From an uncultured Desulforapulum sp. (GTDB lineage Bacteria > Desulfobacterota > Desulfobacteria > Desulfobacterales > Desulfolunaceae): DNA of 64,000 nucleotides. Location: the NCBI GenBank assembly GCA_964637565.1, contig CAZWTY010000011.1, positions 459-64,458 of the forward strand, written 5' to 3'. The position numbers were made by a program, and so were the translations under genes. Numbering within the stretch: the first letter of the stretch is position 1; each line of letters begins with the position of its first letter. The notes below the pieces were generated by a model that worked only from the letters and a program-made list of their open reading frames with translations, did not search any database and was not told where the DNA came from. This document shows, piece by piece, positions 18,237-27,682 of the stretch.

Positions 18237-19353
18237 GAGCTTCGTTCAGGATGATGGTGATGCATGTGCCATGATCCTCGGGAAAGGCGTTTTCATCTTT
18301 CGAGAGGATCTCCATGGTTCCGCTGTATTCGGAAACGAATTTCTTCACCAGTGGAATGCCGAACCCCGTACCTTTTTCACCCATGGTTCCGAAACGGGTG
18401 CTTCTCCTGTCGATGGAATAAATCCTTTTCATAAGGTCATCGGGGATGCCGATTCCCTGGTCCGTGACGGAGAGAAGGACTTTCCCATCTTTTTTTTCCG
18501 CGTTGAGGTTGATGATGCTCGCCGGATAGGAAAATTTGATGGCGTTGGTGAGCAGGTTGTTCAGGACGGAATTGACCAGCGAGACTTTTTCGGCGAGAAC
18601 GAATGTCTTTTCATCGAGGGAAACGACCACACGGATGTTTTTTCTGTCCAGCTGATACTGGAGGGTCTCTATGGATTCATTGACGGCCCAGGCCAGGTCC
18701 ACTGGGGCGAGGCTGAAAACGGCCTTTTCCTCCGCAATGGCCCTTAGCTCCCGGACAAGACCGATAATATCGTATTGCCTTCTCAGGTAATCAAGGATCA
18801 GATGCTTGTTCTGCCTCAGGTAGTCCGGGTCGTATTCCGCCAGCTCGAAACAGGAAATCACGGCACCCAGAGGATTGGAAAGATCGTGGCAGAGGATCTG
18901 GACCATTTCCCTGAGCTCGTTTCTCTGTCTGATGACGGTCTCCTGGCTGAGTTTCAGTTTGAGGTGGATTTCAACCCTGGCCACCAGTTCGTTGGAACTG
19001 AAAGGCTTGGTGATGTAATCCACCCCGCCCAGCTCGAACCCTTTCATGATGTCGTCGATATGGCTTTTTGCCGTGAGAAAAATGATGGGAATGTTTTTTG
19101 TTTCAGGACATTCCTTAAGTTTCCTGCACGCTTCGAATCCATCCATCACCGGCATCATGATGTCCAGCAGTATCAGGTCGGGCAGTTCGTTCTTGACGAT
19201 CTCCAGGGCCTGCAAGCCGTTTTTTGCGACCATGACGTCGAATCCCCTCATGGACATCACGGCGTTGAGAAGCTGAACGTTGTTGGGGTTGTCGTCAACG
19301 ATCAGAATGGTGGCCTGGGTGACTTTTCCGTCTACTGAAATAATCGGATTCAA
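18226..19353 (-). CDS. Hybrid response-regulator receiver / histidine kinase (REC-HisKA-HATPase)
   Basis: 375 aa. REC 'ILIVDDNPNN...DLILLDIMMP...FLTAK', H-box 'CHDLSNPLG', N-box 'LLTNAIKFS', G-boxes 'DQGIGIP' and 'GTGFGIP'. No sensor domain is evident. Confidence 0.85.
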   Translation of the reverse strand: MNPIISVDGKVTQATILIVDDNPNNVQLLNAVMSMRGFDVMVAKNGLQALEIVKNELPDLILLDIMMPVMDGFEACRKLKECPETKNIPIIFLTAKSHIDDIMKGFELGGVDYITKPFSSNELVARVEIHLKLKLSQETVIRQRNELREMVQILCHDLSNPLGAVISCFELAEYDPDYLRQNKHLILDYLRRQYDIIGLVRELRAIAEEKAVFSLAPVDLAWAVNESIETLQYQLDRKNIRVVVSLDEKTFVLAEKVSLVNSVLNNLLTNAIKFSYPASIINLNAEKKDGKVLLSVTDQGIGIPDDLMKRIYSIDRRSTRFGTMGEKGTGFGIPLVKKFVSEYSGTMEILSKDENAFPEDHGTCITIILNEALSP

Positions 19354-19644
19354 TGTCAGCTCTGATAGATGTTTGGGTTTAAAATGTTGTCGAACCTATT
19401 AAAAACACGAGACTATTTTCCATTTCAAGAAAACAGCCGGAATATCAATTGCAGGTTGTCCGGACGACAGGCTGGCAATCACGGAAACAACATGGCGCTC
19501 TGTCATGGTGCTGTAATTCAATCAGGGCTTTGTAACCGGACCTGCTTTGTTAGGAAACAGCTTTTGGAAAATCTGAATTTTTCGGATCGTAACATAAGTA
19601 AAAACACGCGGCAAGTATATTCATGACCCCTTTAAATTCCTCTT

Positions 19645-20763
19645 TCATTTCTTTTGAAGACGGGAAACTCGATTTGGGATGGTGATTTTTCCTGAAATAT
19701 CGATTGAAAGAGGTGTTTCAGGGAAATCTTTTTTCGTCAGTTCGGCGATATCTTTGATGGCACGGTTCTGTGGGTCTGGGGCCGGACCTTTCTTTGGAAC
19801 CTGGAACGTCGGAATGATCAGGCCTTCCATGAACTCTCCGGTTCTGGTCGTTTTTATTCGCAGAAGCGGGGCTGTCCCATTGTATCCCTTGAGGTTGAAA
19901 CGGCCGTAAGTGCAGAAGTTGCCAAGGCTGTAGGCGATCAGCCGGCCCTTGTAAAGTTCCACGGCCCTGGTCACGTGGGGACCGTGACCCAGAACCAGGT
20001 CCGCACCCGCATCCACGACGGCATGGGCGAAGGCGTAAACATTGCCCCGGTCCTCGTTGTGGTATGTTTCTGTCTGGCGTGTCACGTGACGGTGTTTGTC
20101 TCCCTCACCGCCTGCATGGACAGACACGATGACGAGATCACACAACCTTGAAAGTTTTTCGATGATTTTAACAGAGCTTTGAATATCCCGGAGGTCGGGT
20201 GTCGCCAGATTGGGGGAGAAGGCGGCGAAACCCACCCTGACACCGTTCATCTCGAAAATCGTGTTGGGGTGGGAATGCACTCCGGCAAAATGGATGCCCG
20301 ATGCTGTCAGGGCCCTGACCGTGCTGTCGATTCCCGCGTTTCCAAAATCTCCGATATGGTTGTTTGCAATGCTCATCAGGTTGAAACCCGCGTCTACCAG
20401 AAAGCCGGCATACCGTTGGGGCATTTTGAAGGCGTAACAGGTTTCAGGGTCGTTGCACTTTTTGACACAGTCTCCTTCATCGAGGAGAGACCCTTCGAGG
20501 TTTCCGAAAACGATATCCGAGTCTGAAAGAAAGGAGCGGACGTTGCTGAAAAGTGAGGTTCCGTCATCTTCAGGAAGCCAGTCGGCAGAGGGGAAGTGGC
20601 TGCCCATCATGACATCGCCTACGGCGGTTATGGTAATGGACGGTTCAAGAGCGTCACTCTGTCCATGGACCGGGGCTGACAGGTTGAATGTTGAAATGGC
20701 AAGGAAAAGAACGACAAGCCTCAATGTCTGACGAAAATCACAGAGGTCCAGCATGTAACTCAT
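19645..20763 (-). CDS. CapA/PGA_cap-family metallophosphatase-like protein, secreted
   Basis: 372 aa. Signal peptide, 'AVGDVMMG', 'SIANNHIGDFG', 'VSVHAGGEG'. Confidence 0.75.
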   Translation of the reverse strand: MSYMLDLCDFRQTLRLVVLFLAISTFNLSAPVHGQSDALEPSITITAVGDVMMGSHFPSADWLPEDDGTSLFSNVRSFLSDSDIVFGNLEGSLLDEGDCVKKCNDPETCYAFKMPQRYAGFLVDAGFNLMSIANNHIGDFGNAGIDSTVRALTASGIHFAGVHSHPNTIFEMNGVRVGFAAFSPNLATPDLRDIQSSVKIIEKLSRLCDLVIVSVHAGGEGDKHRHVTRQTETYHNEDRGNVYAFAHAVVDAGADLVLGHGPHVTRAVELYKGRLIAYSLGNFCTYGRFNLKGYNGTAPLLRIKTTRTGEFMEGLIIPTFQVPKKGPAPDPQNRAIKDIAELTKKDFPETPLSIDISGKITIPNRVSRLQKK

Positions 20764-20911
20764 GATTATCTCTAAAAACCTGAATCATAATCTCGGGATG
20801 AAAACAGGGTCGCGATCCAGGGCGCCCCACGGAAAGTTCACGCGCGTGACCCGGTCCTGTTTCATCGGGAACGTATCGAAAAGAGGAAAGGATACAGGAT
20901 CGAGGCTGAAA

Positions 20912-21577
20912 TCACAAGGTTATTTTTTCCTGTCCAAGAGCGGGTGCTAATTTGTCATTTTCGATGTATTCCAGGTAGTTGTCGTTTTTTATGGCTTCAT
21001 GAAAGGCTCTGGCCGTTATCTTGACAATATGGTAAAGATTTTCACGGTTGGAAGGACCGCTTGTTTTCGGGTAGTTCCTGAATGTGATGACATTCCCGAA
21101 AAGGGCTGTGAAAAAGGCGTGTGAGTAGAAGCCTTTGATGACGGTCGGAGAGGTACGTGAAAGGGCCGACTCCAGCATGTTGAGGAAGATTTCCTGGATG
21201 ATGTTGAATTTTTCAAGGGTGTCCGGTTTTTTTTCTCCGCGTATCATGAAATGGCTTATCATCTGGAATATGTCTTCATGGTCGATCAGAAAGTCCGCGA
21301 TACTGATGGAGATGTCCTCGAGAGACTGGGGCTCAGTCCACAATTTTTCCTTGATGCCGATCATTTCCGTTTTGAGAATGGCGACAAACAGATCGTCCTG
21401 GCTTGGAAAATACTGGTAGAGTGACGCCACGGAAATTCCCGCCTCACTGGCGATATCCCTCATCCCGATATCGTGAAAAGACAGCTTTTTATAGAGTTTT
21501 TTGGCGGCGTTTACGATCAGCTTCCGTCTGACTTCCCTCTCGTCTTCCTTGAGTTGTTTGAGTACGGATTTGCCCAT
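20912..21577 (-). CDS. TetR-family transcriptional regulator
   Basis: HTH 'FHDIGMRDIASEAGISVASLYQYFPSQDDLF'. The start is placed at the internal ATG (21577, MGKSVLK...). The track start at 21664 is also possible. Confidence 0.8.
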   Translation of the reverse strand: MGKSVLKQLKEDEREVRRKLIVNAAKKLYKKLSFHDIGMRDIASEAGISVASLYQYFPSQDDLFVAILKTEMIGIKEKLWTEPQSLEDISISIADFLIDHEDIFQMISHFMIRGEKKPDTLEKFNIIQEIFLNMLESALSRTSPTVIKGFYSHAFFTALFGNVITFRNYPKTSGPSNRENLYHIVKITARAFHEAIKNDNYLEYIENDKLAPALGQEKITL

Positions 21578-22053
21578 GGTTGCTTCACATCTCCCATCAA
21601 ATTCATCTTTATATATCCGGCTATGAATCAGGAAAACATCCGGACCTGATATCATGTGCGCCATGTTTTAACATGTGTGAAAATAAATACATTCTGTGAA
21701 AGTCCTTGTCAATAACGTTTATACGCGGGAAATCTAATATTTCTCATTTATCTGAAAAAAACAAGTAATACAGACCGTTTGTTCAGAGTTTAATATTTCT
21801 TGATAAAGGCAAGATTCTAATGTTTTTCTTTAACAATCTTATGTAGATAGGGCTTTAAACCTAATTGTGAAAATAAAAATGAACATAAATTCAAATTTAA
21901 AAATCTTATATCAGAGAGATATTGCAATGTCCATGAGATAATAAATGAAAGGAAAGGTTGTGGAACCTGTAAACGATAACTGAAAATGAGGGGACATGGT
22001 CTGTGTTCAGAGAACGTGCATGGGATTGCCATGGAGGCTGGTTTCTGAATGTG

Positions 22054-22081
22054 TTGACATTCATGGCCCGGTGGTTATTAT
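22054..22081 (+). promoter_or_regulatory. Putative sigma70 promoter of the MoxR/Bat operon
   Basis: TTGACA (22054-22059), 16-nt spacer, TATTAT (22076-22081). About 75 nt upstream of the moxR ATG. Confidence 0.45.
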
Positions 22082-22156
22082 ATCAACGCTGCAACCAATG
22101 GCAGGCAACTGCATCGGACATTCGAACCATTCACACCTTATCCGAGGACGATTCCC

Positions 22157-23131
22157 ATGGAAGAATTAAAACAAAGGGTGGAAGAGAAACATGCCCTGGT
22201 CAGTCAGATCAGAAACGAAATAGGAAAAGTTCTTGTAGGCCAGAGAGATCTGGTGGATGGCCTCCTCACAGGCTTGTTCACCAAAGGCCATGTTCTGATC
22301 GAAGGGGTTCCGGGACTTGCCAAAACCAGTGCTGTCAAGGCTCTTGCCGATACCGTCCAGGCTGATTTCAAACGGGTTCAGTTCACACCGGACCTTCTTC
22401 CGGCAGATCTTCTTGGAACCGAGGTCTACAGACCGAACTCAGGGGATTTTGTCATAAAGAAAGGCCCCCTGTTCCACAACATCATTCTTGCCGATGAAAT
22501 CAACAGGGCCCCATCCAAAGTTCAGTCGGCCCTGCTTGAAGCCATGCAGGAGCACCAGGTCACCATTGGCGACACCACGTTTCAGCTGGCCGATCCTTTC
22601 CTGGTTCTTGCGACACAGAACCCCATTGAACAGGAAGGCACCTATCCGCTTCCGGAAGCCCAGGTGGATCGTTTCATGCTGAAGCTCAAGGTGGACTACC
22701 CGGACCGGAATGAGGAAAAAGAAATTTTGAACCGTGTGGGATTCGAGGATGGGAAAACGGTCAGACCCGTGATGGGGAAAGACCAGCTGGATGATATCTG
22801 CCGTCTTGTCAAAGACATTTATGTGGATGACAAGCTGAAAGATTACATGGTGGACCTGGTGTTCGCCACACGTCATCCGGATAAACACCTCAGGGATCTC
22901 GTACCTTACATCCATTTTGGCGGATCACCCAGGGCCACCATCTGCCTCAGCCTGGCCGCCAGGGTCAGGGCCTTTTTGAACGGCAGGCCCTACGTGACGC
23001 CCCAGGATATCAAAACCGTGGGGCCGGACGTCCTGCGCCACCGGATCATTCTGACCTACGAAGCCGAGGCCGAAGACTTGACCACAGACCAGATTATCCA
23101 TCAGGTGTTCGAATCTGTACCCGTGCCTTGA
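22157..23131 (+). CDS. MoxR-family AAA+ ATPase
   Basis: 324 aa. Walker A 'GVPGLAKT', Walker B 'ILADEINR', and MoxR-typical length and context. Confidence 0.9.
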   Translation: MEELKQRVEEKHALVSQIRNEIGKVLVGQRDLVDGLLTGLFTKGHVLIEGVPGLAKTSAVKALADTVQADFKRVQFTPDLLPADLLGTEVYRPNSGDFVIKKGPLFHNIILADEINRAPSKVQSALLEAMQEHQVTIGDTTFQLADPFLVLATQNPIEQEGTYPLPEAQVDRFMLKLKVDYPDRNEEKEILNRVGFEDGKTVRPVMGKDQLDDICRLVKDIYVDDKLKDYMVDLVFATRHPDKHLRDLVPYIHFGGSPRATICLSLAARVRAFLNGRPYVTPQDIKTVGPDVLRHRIILTYEAEAEDLTTDQIIHQVFESVPVP

Positions 23132-23200
23132 CAATCTGGGGAGTTTGGGTCTTTCATGGGCTGAACAGCGCAGGATGTGAAATCTGCAGGACAGAAAATT

Positions 23201-24082
23201 ATGCTTTCACCTGAGTCGATCAAAAAAATCAGGAAAATCCATATCCACAGCCGCCGTCAGGTGGATACCATGATGGCCGGGCAGTACCGGTCCGTGTTCC
23301 GTGGGACGGGCATGGAATTCGAGGAAGTCCGGGAATACACACCGGGCGATGAGGTGAAGAACATCGACTGGAAGGTGTCCGCGAGAATGGGAAGACCTTT
23401 CGTCAAACTTTACCGTGAAGAGCGTGAAATGGTCGTGATGCTTCTCGTGGACATGAGCGCCTCCGGAAAATTCGGCACCACGGGACGGTCAAAAAGGGAA
23501 ACAGCCGCAGAAATCGCCTCAATTCTTGCATTCAACGCCATCCGGAACAACGACAAGGTCGGCGTGATTCTCTTTACGGATACGGTTGAAAAATACATTC
23601 CGCCCAAAAAAGGGTCCGCCCATATCTGGCGGGTGATCAAGGAGATTTTCACGTTCAGGCCTGAACACACGTCGACGGATATCTCCCGGGCGCTACGGTA
23701 TCTGGGGCATGTGAGCCGGAAAAGAACCGTGAGTTTCCTGATATCCGACTTTCTCGACGAAGGTTATGAGAAAAGCATGAAAATCGCCTCGAAACGTCAC
23801 GAGCTGATCACGATCCTTCTTTCAGATCCCAGGGATTTTGAACTGCCTGAAAAAGGTATCCTTCTCGCCAGAGATTTTGAAACAGGAGAGAACTTTCTCA
23901 TTGACGCTTCCGATCCGAGGTCACGGAAACGGTTCTCGGAATCCAAACGTAAAGAATACGGTGAGGCCCTGGAAACCATTCGCCGGGCAGGGGTGGACTG
24001 CATCGAGATGGACACCCGTTCCGAAGTGGCCGACGCCCTCGTCCGCTACTTTCGTTTCAGGGAAAGGATGGCTGGAAAATGA
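23201..24082 (+). CDS. DUF58 (vWA-like) protein, MoxR partner
   Basis: 'EFEEVREYTPGDEVKNIDWKVSAR' and 'LLVDMSASG' are typical DUF58 motifs. The ATG at 23201 is preferred over the GTG at 23177. Confidence 0.85.
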   Translation: MLSPESIKKIRKIHIHSRRQVDTMMAGQYRSVFRGTGMEFEEVREYTPGDEVKNIDWKVSARMGRPFVKLYREEREMVVMLLVDMSASGKFGTTGRSKRETAAEIASILAFNAIRNNDKVGVILFTDTVEKYIPPKKGSAHIWRVIKEIFTFRPEHTSTDISRALRYLGHVSRKRTVSFLISDFLDEGYEKSMKIASKRHELITILLSDPRDFELPEKGILLARDFETGENFLIDASDPRSRKRFSESKRKEYGEALETIRRAGVDCIEMDTRSEVADALVRYFRFRERMAGK

Positions 24083-24795
24083 GAATCGTCTTGGCGGGAG
24101 TCTTCTTGTTTCTGGTCTGCTTTTTACCCGTGGCCGCCTTTCCCGTGGACGCGGAACAACCGGCTGGCCCGAACAGCGCGATGGACTCTCTGACCCCTTC
24201 TGTCTCCCCCGCGCATCCCGGTACAAAAACGGTTTCCCCGGCAGACCCTTCCGGCGTGGAGGCCATGACCGATATCATCGATATCAGACCCATCGAAGAC
24301 ATTGGTTACGATACACGGATCATCCGATATGCGCTGTACGCCGTTTGCGTTATTTTGATTATCGTTCTTGCTTTTTACCTGATGGACCGGCTGCTCCGGA
24401 AAAGGAAACAAAAAACCGGGGTCAGGGAGATGGCCATTCCACCGGACCAGCTTGCCCTTGAACGTCTCGCTGCACTGGAATCCCAGGATGATCCCGGAGA
24501 AAAGGAGTTCTATTTCCGGTTGACCGCCATTGTCCGGGAGTATATCAAAGGACGGTTTTCCCTGGACGCCCCGGAAATGACCACGGAAGAGCTTCTGCCG
24601 GTCATTTCCTCTCTCCATGTGGATCGGGCTCTGGCATCAGGGCTGAAAGAACTCCTCAGGTCCACGGACCCGGTGAAGTTCGCGGGGTTTTCTGTCTCAC
24701 GTGATAAAATGGCGGGAGACATGGCCTTTGCCCGTCATTTTGTCGAAGCGACCAGGAACGTTCCTGAAAATCCTGAAGATATCAGCGGAGAGTAG
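24079..24795 (+). CDS. DUF4381-like membrane protein of the Bat operon
   Basis: 238 aa. Signal/TM, a central TM 'YALYAVCVILIIVLAFYL', and its position between DUF58 and BatA. Confidence 0.6.
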   Translation: MRIVLAGVFLFLVCFLPVAAFPVDAEQPAGPNSAMDSLTPSVSPAHPGTKTVSPADPSGVEAMTDIIDIRPIEDIGYDTRIIRYALYAVCVILIIVLAFYLMDRLLRKRKQKTGVREMAIPPDQLALERLAALESQDDPGEKEFYFRLTAIVREYIKGRFSLDAPEMTTEELLPVISSLHVDRALASGLKELLRSTDPVKFAGFSVSRDKMAGDMAFARHFVEATRNVPENPEDISGE

Positions 24796-24798
24796 GCC

Positions 24799-25800
24799 AT
24801 GTTCCGATTCGCGTCACCTCTTTTTCTCCTTCTCCTGGCCGTTGTTCCGTTGATTCTTTACCTGAGGTGGAAGAGGGGGGATTCCCGTCCGGCGATGTCT
24901 TTGTCGCGAATCCTTCACGTCAAAAGGATCCAGGGCTCTTTTTTCATCCACACCCTTGCCCTGGTTTATTCTCTGAAGTACCTGGCCTTTATTCTGATGG
25001 TTCTCGCCCTGGCAAGGCCCCAGTGGGGAACCCAAAAGAAGAATATCGAAACGGAAGGGGTGAACATCGTGCTTGCCGTGGATGTGTCAGGAAGCATGTC
25101 GGCCCTTGATTTCAAACGGGATGGACGGATTGTGGACCGTCTCGAGGCCATCAAGGGCGTGGTCCGCGATTTCATCACACGGCGTGAAAACGACCGCATC
25201 GGTCTGGTGGTGTTTGGAACCCACGCCTTCACCCAGGTTCCTCTGACACGGGACTACAACACATTATCTTTTGTTCTCGAAAAACTTCAGATCGGGTCGG
25301 CCGGTGAAAGCACGGCCGTGGGGGATGCCATCGGTATCGCCCTGAAACGGCTCGAGGACATCAAAAGCAAATCCAACGTGATCATCCTTCTTACCGATGG
25401 CGAAAGCAACGCAGGGGAGCTGAGCCCTGAAATCGCCGCGGGCATAGCTTTCAATAAGCGAGTGAAAATCTACACCATCGGGGTCGGAAGCAGGGGACGG
25501 GCTCCTTACCGTGTTCAGGACCCATTGTTCGGAGAACGTTTCATCTATCAGGATGTGACCATCGACGAGGAAACCCTGGAACGGGTGGCGAAAAAAACTG
25601 GCGGGCTTTATTTCAGGGCCGAAAACACCCAGGGCCTGGAAGATATCTACGCGACCATCGACAGACTGGAAAAGACAAAGGTCGACGTCACGCTCTATTT
25701 CGAATACCGGGAGTTTTACCCTTACCTGCTGGGTCCGGCGATTGGTCTGCTTCTGTTGGGAATTGTTCTTGAAAACACAAGGTATCTGAGGATTCCATGA
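24799..25800 (+). CDS. batA: vWA-domain protein BatA
   Basis: 333 aa. N-terminal BatA-type TM segment, vWA MIDAS 'VDVSGSM', 'LLTDGESN', and a C-terminal TM. Confidence 0.85.
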   Translation: MFRFASPLFLLLLAVVPLILYLRWKRGDSRPAMSLSRILHVKRIQGSFFIHTLALVYSLKYLAFILMVLALARPQWGTQKKNIETEGVNIVLAVDVSGSMSALDFKRDGRIVDRLEAIKGVVRDFITRRENDRIGLVVFGTHAFTQVPLTRDYNTLSFVLEKLQIGSAGESTAVGDAIGIALKRLEDIKSKSNVIILLTDGESNAGELSPEIAAGIAFNKRVKIYTIGVGSRGRAPYRVQDPLFGERFIYQDVTIDEETLERVAKKTGGLYFRAENTQGLEDIYATIDRLEKTKVDVTLYFEYREFYPYLLGPAIGLLLLGIVLENTRYLRIP

Positions 25801-26810
25801 CCTTTGCGAGAAGTGAAATGCTGTTTTTCATCTGGATCGTTCCCCTGGCTTTTCTCGTCTGTTCCCATGGCATGAGACGAAGGCGGCGGATTCTCCTGAA
25901 TTACAGTTCAAAACATCACATGGCACAACTCTCGCCCCGGTCTTCGGTCAGGAAACGCTGGGTCCGCCACGGCCTTGTCCTTCTTTCCCTTCTTTTTTCC
26001 GTCCTCGCTTTGTCCGGCCCCCTTTACGGGTATAAATGGCAGACGGTCGAACGCAAGGGCGTGGATCTTTTCATCGCCATAGACTGTTCGAAAAGCATGC
26101 TGGCCGACGATATCAAACCCACACGCCTGGAGCGGGCCAAAAGGGAAGTCACGGATCTTCTTTCCATGCTGGAAGGTGATCGGGCCGGGCTTGTGGCCTT
26201 CGCGGGCACCGCTTTCATTCAGTGTCCTTTGACCCTGGATTACCAGGCCTTTCACGTTTTCATGAACGCCCTGGGGCCGGATTACATCCCAGTGGGCGGC
26301 ACGGATATCAATGGAGCGATACTCGAGGCTCTGAAAGGCTTCGGGGAAAAGGACAATACGGACAAGGCCGTGATTCTCATCACCGACGGGGAAAGCACCG
26401 TCAGCGATGCGCAAGAAGCCGTGGATGAAGCGAAACGAAAAGGGGTGAAGGTCTTCTGCATCGGGGTGGGAACCGAGGATGGGGTCCCTGTTCCGGACGC
26501 TGCGGGAGGTTTTGTCAAGGATGACCAGGGAAAAATCGTCCTGTCCAGAATGGATGAATCGTCTCTTTCGTCTATCGCTTCCCAGACAGGGGGGGGCTAT
26601 GTCAGATCTGTGGCCGGTGACATGGATCTGGACAGAATCTACAGGCAGGAGATTCGAAAAGACATGGAACAGAAAACCCTGTCCAGTGGAAAGCAGAAAA
26701 TCGCCGAAGACAGGTTCCAGTGGTTTCTTCTTCCTTCGGTGTTGTTCATGACTTTGGCCATGGGACTCCGTTCCGTCGATTCCGGCCGGAAAGACAAGGG
26801 AGGCGTATGA
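25797..26810 (+). CDS. batB: vWA-domain protein BatB
   Basis: 337 aa. TM segments, MIDAS 'IDCSKSM', 'LITDGEST'. ATGA overlaps on both sides. Confidence 0.85.
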   Translation: MTFARSEMLFFIWIVPLAFLVCSHGMRRRRRILLNYSSKHHMAQLSPRSSVRKRWVRHGLVLLSLLFSVLALSGPLYGYKWQTVERKGVDLFIAIDCSKSMLADDIKPTRLERAKREVTDLLSMLEGDRAGLVAFAGTAFIQCPLTLDYQAFHVFMNALGPDYIPVGGTDINGAILEALKGFGEKDNTDKAVILITDGESTVSDAQEAVDEAKRKGVKVFCIGVGTEDGVPVPDAAGGFVKDDQGKIVLSRMDESSLSSIASQTGGGYVRSVAGDMDLDRIYRQEIRKDMEQKTLSSGKQKIAEDRFQWFLLPSVLFMTLAMGLRSVDSGRKDKGGV

Positions 26811-27679
26811 AAGGAAAGTATGCCATGCGTTCAGCAATTTTTCTGCTGGCCGTTCTTTTTTTTGCAGGGAGTCAGGCCTGGGCTGAAAGTCTGTATTCTC
26901 TCGGGAAAAAAGGGCGGGAAGCTTTTGAAAAGGAAGATTACCCCAGGGCTCTCGATGCCTATACAAAGGCCCAGCTCGAATCACCTGAAAAACCTGAGAT
27001 CAGTTACAATCTCGGAAACGTTCAGTACAAAAACGGTGATTTCGACGCAGCCATCGCCCATTACAAGTCTGTGCTCACATCCGCAGACAGGAAACTGAAA
27101 CAAAAAGCCCGATTCAATATGGGAAACGCGTATTTCCGCAAAGGTGATTACGACAAAGCCATTTCAGAATACGAAGAGGTCCTGAAACTCGATCAAACGG
27201 ACGACGATGCCCGGAAAAATCTGGCCTTCACGAAAAAAATCAGGGAGCGAAAAAAAGAAGAACCTCCGAAGCAAGATCAGAAAGATCAAAAAGATCCGAA
27301 AGATCAGAAAAAGGATTCCAAAGACACGAAAGAAAACGGAAACGATCAGGGTAAGAAAGACGGCGATTCCGGAAAAGATAATACCAAGCCGGACGGTAAC
27401 TCGCCATCGAAAGACAACACCGAAGAAAAACAGGATAAACGGCAAAAGCAGGATCAGAAGGATCAGAAAAACCCGAACGGCCAGAGACCTGATCCCGCTG
27501 AGTCGGGCGGCGGGGGACCACATGAAAGAGAACCGTCTCCGGGTCAGAGCATGGGACGGGAAAACGATTCGTCAGGGGAAGGAACCCCGGCCGATACCAT
27601 GTTGAAACGGCTGGAAGACCAGCCGGGAAAAGCGCTGCTTCTTGATCGAAGACCTCGTAAGGTGGAAAAGGACTGGTAA
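26807..27679 (+). CDS. batC: TPR protein BatC with K/D/Q-rich low-complexity tail
   Basis: The ATG at 26807 overlaps the batB stop. Signal peptide 'AIFLLAVLFFAGSQAWA', TPR repeats ('YNLGNVQYKNGDFDAAI', 'FNMGNAYFRKGDYDKAI'), then 'KQDQKDQKDPKDQKKDSKD...'. Confidence 0.8.
   Translation: MKGKYAMRSAIFLLAVLFFAGSQAWAESLYSLGKKGREAFEKEDYPRALDAYTKAQLESPEKPEISYNLGNVQYKNGDFDAAIAHYKSVLTSADRKLKQKARFNMGNAYFRKGDYDKAISEYEEVLKLDQTDDDARKNLAFTKKIRERKKEEPPKQDQKDQKDPKDQKKDSKDTKENGNDQGKKDGDSGKDNTKPDGNSPSKDNTEEKQDKRQKQDQKDQKNPNGQRPDPAESGGGGPHEREPSPGQSMGRENDSSGEGTPADTMLKRLEDQPGKALLLDRRPRKVEKDW
27272..27307 (+). repeat. Four tandem 9-bp units (c/aAAGATCnn) inside batC
   Basis: caagatcag aaagatcaa aaagatccg aaagatcag, encoding QDQ-KDQ-KDP-KDQ. 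A related pair, 'caggatcag aaggatcag', occurs near 27450. Confidence 0.75.
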
Positions 27680-27682
27680 TCC

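Noticed and set aside
22099-22113. Sigma54-like element TGGCAGGCAACTGCA upstream of moxR
   Set aside because: The GG-to-GC spacing is 9 nt instead of the required 10, and the -12 region is TGCA rather than TTGCW. No enhancer-binding-protein gene is nearby. The sigma70-type TTGACA-N16-TATTAT just upstream is a better fit.
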